Assembly: GCA_963812155.1 (NCBI GenBank)
Contig: CAWETW010000004.1
Location: 64,001 to 128,000, forward strand
Reading direction: 5' to 3'
From: Vulcanimicrobiota bacterium
GTDB taxonomy: Bacteria > Vulcanimicrobiota > Vulcanimicrobiia > Vulcanimicrobiales > Vulcanimicrobiaceae
DNA length: 64,000 bases
The notes under the pieces were generated by a model that was not told the origin of the DNA, did not search any database, and saw only the letters and a list, made by a program, of their open reading frames with translations. Position numbers and translations under genes: made by a program. Shown one piece after another: positions 60,985-64,000 of this stretch (positions within the stretch are counted from its first letter, which is position 1; each line of letters opens with the position of its first letter).

Positions 60985-62280
60985 CTAGAGTTCCGCCAGC
61001 GCTTCGTCGATCGCTTCGACCGTCAGATCTACGTCGGCCTGCGTATGCGCGGTGGAGAGAAACATCACTTCGTTCTGCGACGGCGGCAGTAAGATACCGC
61101 GATCCAGCATGGCGCGATAATAAGCGCCGTATGCCTTCCGGTCGGCGGCCCGCGCGTCGTCGAAGTTCCGTCCGGCCGCTCCCGAGCGAAATTTGAAATC
61201 GACGACCGATTCGTCCTGAACGACGGCATAGTCCAAACCGCGCGCGGCAAAAACACGGCGAATGCCGCCGGCGAGGTTGCCGGCCGCCGTTGCGAGTTGC
61301 GCGTAGTACTCGGGATGTGATTCGAGCTGATCGAGCACGCGGTGCGCCATTCCGACGCAGAACGGATTCCCCCCGTGCGTGCCGCCGGTGAACGTCTCGC
61401 CCTGCGGAGCGAGCACCCCCATGACGCCCGCGCTTCCCCCGAAGGCCGCAATCGGCGCACCGCCGCCCATGATCTTTCCCAGCGCGGTGAGGTCGGGCGT
61501 GACGCGCAACCGTCCCTGCGCGCCGCGCAGGCCGAAACGCAACCAGGTAATGATCTCGTCGAAGATCAGCAGTGCACCGTGACGCGTGGCGCGTTCGCGC
61601 AAGCCTTCGAGGAAACCGCGACGCGGCGCGACGTAGCCCATATTGCCGACGATCGGCTCGACGATGATGGCTGCGAGGCGATCCTCTCGTGCGCGCAGCA
61701 GCTCGTCGACGTGCTCGAGATCGTTATATCGCGCGACCGCAACGTCGGCAATCACGCCGTCCGGAATGCCGCCCGCCGATGGTGCGCGCGTTTGCGCCGA
61801 CGCTCCGGCATCCAGCAGCGCGAGATCGAAATGTCCGTGGTAGTTTCCACCGAACTTCAACACGAGATCGCGTTTGGTGTAGGCTCGGGCGACGCGAACG
61901 GCGCTCATCATCGCTTCGGTGCCGGTCGTCACGAAGCGCATGCGCTCCATCGAGGGCAGATGCGATCGAATGCGCTCGGCGAGACGAATTTCTTCGGGAT
62001 GCGTGCTTCCCCAGACGAAACCGGCGCGCGCGATCTCGTCGAGACCGGTCACGAGCGCGGGATGCGTGTGGCCGAAGAGCAGCGGTCCGTAGGCCATGAC
62101 GTAGTCGACGTACCGGCGTCCCGACTCGTCGTATGCGTACGCGCCGCGCGCCGACGCTTGAACGAACATCTCCGCGCCGGCGCCCCATCCCGAACGCACC
62201 GGCGAATCGCAGCCGCCCGCCAAGGCAGCGCGCGCGCGCGCCGCGCTATCGCGGGCCGGAGAAACGATCGATTCGCGCAC
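60985..62280 (-). CDS. hemL: Glutamate-1-semialdehyde 2,1-aminomutase
   Basis: GGCDSPVR, YGPLLFGH, GTEA, YHGH, EPIVGNMG, IFDEI, GKIMGGG, PPSQNE. Confidence 0.88.
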   Translation of the reverse strand: MRESIVSPARDSAARARAALAGGCDSPVRSGWGAGAEMFVQASARGAYAYDESGRRYVDYVMAYGPLLFGHTHPALVTGLDEIARAGFVWGSTHPEEIRLAERIRSHLPSMERMRFVTTGTEAMMSAVRVARAYTKRDLVLKFGGNYHGHFDLALLDAGASAQTRAPSAGGIPDGVIADVAVARYNDLEHVDELLRAREDRLAAIIVEPIVGNMGYVAPRRGFLEGLRERATRHGALLIFDEIITWLRFGLRGAQGRLRVTPDLTALGKIMGGGAPIAAFGGSAGVMGVLAPQGETFTGGTHGGNPFCVGMAHRVLDQLESHPEYYAQLATAAGNLAGGIRRVFAARGLDYAVVQDESVVDFKFRSGAAGRNFDDARAADRKAYGAYYRAMLDRGILLPPSQNEVMFLSTAHTQADVDLTVEAIDEALAEL

Positions 62281-62884
62281 GGAGCGTGTGCAAAGCCTCG
62301 CTAACGTCGAATGCCAACGGCGCGGCGCCATCGGCAAGCGCTCGAACGTTTCCGGACCACGCATGCTCCACCTGCGACCCGCCGGGCGGAGTCACCGCAA
62401 AGCGCGGCCTCCCGAGTTCGCGGGCAAAACGCATCGCGTGCATCGCGCCTCCACCGAGTTCGCTCGCTACGAGCACGACCGCGACCGAATATTCGACCTG
62501 CAGACGATCGCGCGCCACCAGCGCCGCGTCGTCGACCGGCTCTCCCGGCGCGCGCAGCGTAGCGACCGCGCCGCCGCCGCTCACGATGTCGCGCTCGAGC
62601 TGGGCGTTCTCGGGCGGATACGTCGCCCCGAATCCGTAGCCGACGAACGCGACGGTCGGCATGCCGCCCGCCAGGGCGCCGCGGTGCGCTGCGGTATCGA
62701 TGCCGGCCGCAAGGCCCGCGACGACCGGACGCTCGATCGCTCGGGCGAGCTCGAACGCGAAGTCGAGCGCTCGCGAGGGCGGCGTCCGGCTGCCGACGAT
62801 CGCGATGCCGCCGCCGGGAATGCGGCCCCGCACGTGAAGCGTCTGCACGAAAACCGAACGTTCGACGCATTCGGGGAGAGCCAT
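62246..62884 (-). CDS. dprA: DprA/Smf DNA-processing protein (core domain only)
   Basis: IAIVGSR, GLAAGIDTAAH, YPPEN, RDRLQ, GGA. Confidence 0.85.
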   Translation of the reverse strand: MALPECVERSVFVQTLHVRGRIPGGGIAIVGSRTPPSRALDFAFELARAIERPVVAGLAAGIDTAAHRGALAGGMPTVAFVGYGFGATYPPENAQLERDIVSGGGAVATLRAPGEPVDDAALVARDRLQVEYSVAVVLVASELGGGAMHAMRFARELGRPRFAVTPPGGSQVEHAWSGNVRALADGAAPLAFDVSEALHTLRARIDRFSGPR

Positions 62885-62906
62885 CGCCACCGTCGAAGAG
62901 CGCCGC

Positions 62907-63998
62907 ATGCCGCACGTCGAGTTCGAGATTACGCCGCAGACGAACATTCGCGATCTCGTCGCTCGCCTTCCGATCGCCGCCGACGTGATGGCGGCGTTCG
63001 GTTTGGGCTGCAGCGGGTGCGGCGTGAGCCGTTCGGAGAGCATCGAGCAAGGGGCGAGCGCCCACGGGCTCCGCGTCGAGCCGATCGTAGCCGCATTGAC
63101 GCAAGCGCGCCTCTCCGGTTTCGTTCCGTTGATTTCAAACGACGACCGGCGCGCCGTACGGCGCGCGCCGGGCGCGTTTGCCGGCCGCGCCTCGATCGCG
63201 CACGTCGTTCCGGTGATGTCCGGAAAAGGGGGCGTCGGGAAATCGCTCGTCACGGCCCTGCTCGCGCTGGGATTGCGGCGCCGCGCGTTGCGCGTGGGAA
63301 TTCTCGATGCCGACATCACCGGCCCGTCGATTCCCAAACTCTTCGGATTGCACGAGCCGCTGACGATCGAGGCCGATCCACACGCCAAGACGCCGCAGGG
63401 CCAGCCGATGCCGCTCATGTCGCCGGCGGTCACGCGCAGCGCGATCGAAGTGGTCAGCGCAAACCTGTTGACCGATAAAGAAGACACTGCGATGGTCTGG
63501 CGCGGGCCGATCGTCAGCGGCGTTATCCGCCAGTTTTTCGAGCAAGTGCTGTGGAGCGATCTCGACGTGTTGCTCGTCGATCTGCCGCCCGGCACGTCGG
63601 ACGCTCCGCTCACGGTGCTGCAGTCGCTCTCGATCGACGGCGTCGTCCTGGTTACGATGCCGCAAGCGTTGGCGACGATGATCGTGCGAAAAGCGGCGAA
63701 TCTCGTACGACAATTGAAGAAACCGGTGCTCGGCGTCGTCGAGAACATGTCGTATTTCGTCGCTCCGGATACGAAAACGAAATACGAACTGTTCGGACCG
63801 TCCTACGCCGATCGCGTCGCCGAGCTGGCCCAGGCGCCGGTGCTGGCCCGCATCCCGCTCGATCCGGAGAAGGCGCGCCTGGCGGATGAAGGACGCATCG
63901 AAGAGATCGACGATCCGGTGTGCGACGAACTCGCAGGCCGGCTCCTCGCTGCGTTCGAGGCGCACCCGAAACCGAAAGAAACCATCTCGCTGATCTAA
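62907..63998 (+). CDS. mrp: Mrp/ApbC/NBP35 Fe-S carrier ATPase with N-terminal DUF1858-like domain
   Basis: GKGGVGKS, DADITGPS, WRGP, DLPPGTSD, GVVENMS; N-terminal FGLGCSGC. Confidence 0.9.
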   Translation: MPHVEFEITPQTNIRDLVARLPIAADVMAAFGLGCSGCGVSRSESIEQGASAHGLRVEPIVAALTQARLSGFVPLISNDDRRAVRRAPGAFAGRASIAHVVPVMSGKGGVGKSLVTALLALGLRRRALRVGILDADITGPSIPKLFGLHEPLTIEADPHAKTPQGQPMPLMSPAVTRSAIEVVSANLLTDKEDTAMVWRGPIVSGVIRQFFEQVLWSDLDVLLVDLPPGTSDAPLTVLQSLSIDGVVLVTMPQALATMIVRKAANLVRQLKKPVLGVVENMSYFVAPDTKTKYELFGPSYADRVAELAQAPVLARIPLDPEKARLADEGRIEEIDDPVCDELAGRLLAAFEAHPKPKETISLI

Positions 63999-64000
63999 CC

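Noticed and set aside
571..63965. Numerous long antisense or alternative-frame ORFs (e.g. 12222..13814, 20751..22265, 54617..56089)
   Set aside because: They are expected in high-GC DNA, lack motifs and overlap well-supported genes.
1..64000. CRISPR array, cas genes, tRNA/rRNA, integrase, transposase or prophage genes
   Set aside because: No regularly spaced repeats or recognisable motifs were found by eye; a divergent tRNA could have been missed.

Overview
A 64 kb window of high-GC bacterial chromosome. The gene style (TonB receptors beginning QETWALAGTTG or PSPSP, tandem phosphoesterase lipoproteins, wHTH-TPR regulator) is reminiscent of Ca. Eremiobacterota; this is inference only. Main content: (i) a cobalamin-riboswitch btuB-btuF unit running into hflX and a protease, with divergent btuCD; (ii) PP2C phosphatase, phosphomannomutase and nagA; (iii) a cysK / asparaginase II / metH / TauE run; (iv) a serine hydrolase, an ATP-dependent DNA ligase and two phospholipase C-like genes; (v) an aromatic-CoA catabolic cluster mixing a BoxB-type di-iron epoxidase and a single-domain crotonase with PaaX, PaaH, PaaJ and an aldehyde dehydrogenase; (vi) three tandem paralogues of an unknown secreted family, two sharing a 385-bp exact block; (vii) a 54% Lys/Arg histone-like protein; (viii) an ABC-2 operon split around two further TonB receptors; (ix) pirin, alkA, beta-lactamase-like, cyclophilin, GIY-YIG, M28, HiPIP, STAND-like ATPase, hemL, dprA and mrp. 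Non-coding signals include a two-copy hairpin element with compensatory changes, a palindrome in-frame inside metH, a REP-like element and an anti-SD sRNA candidate. Many genes carry single-base frameshifts, densest at 49.5-58.4 kb, which most likely reflect consensus errors. No CRISPR array, rRNA, tRNA, integrase or transposase was seen.
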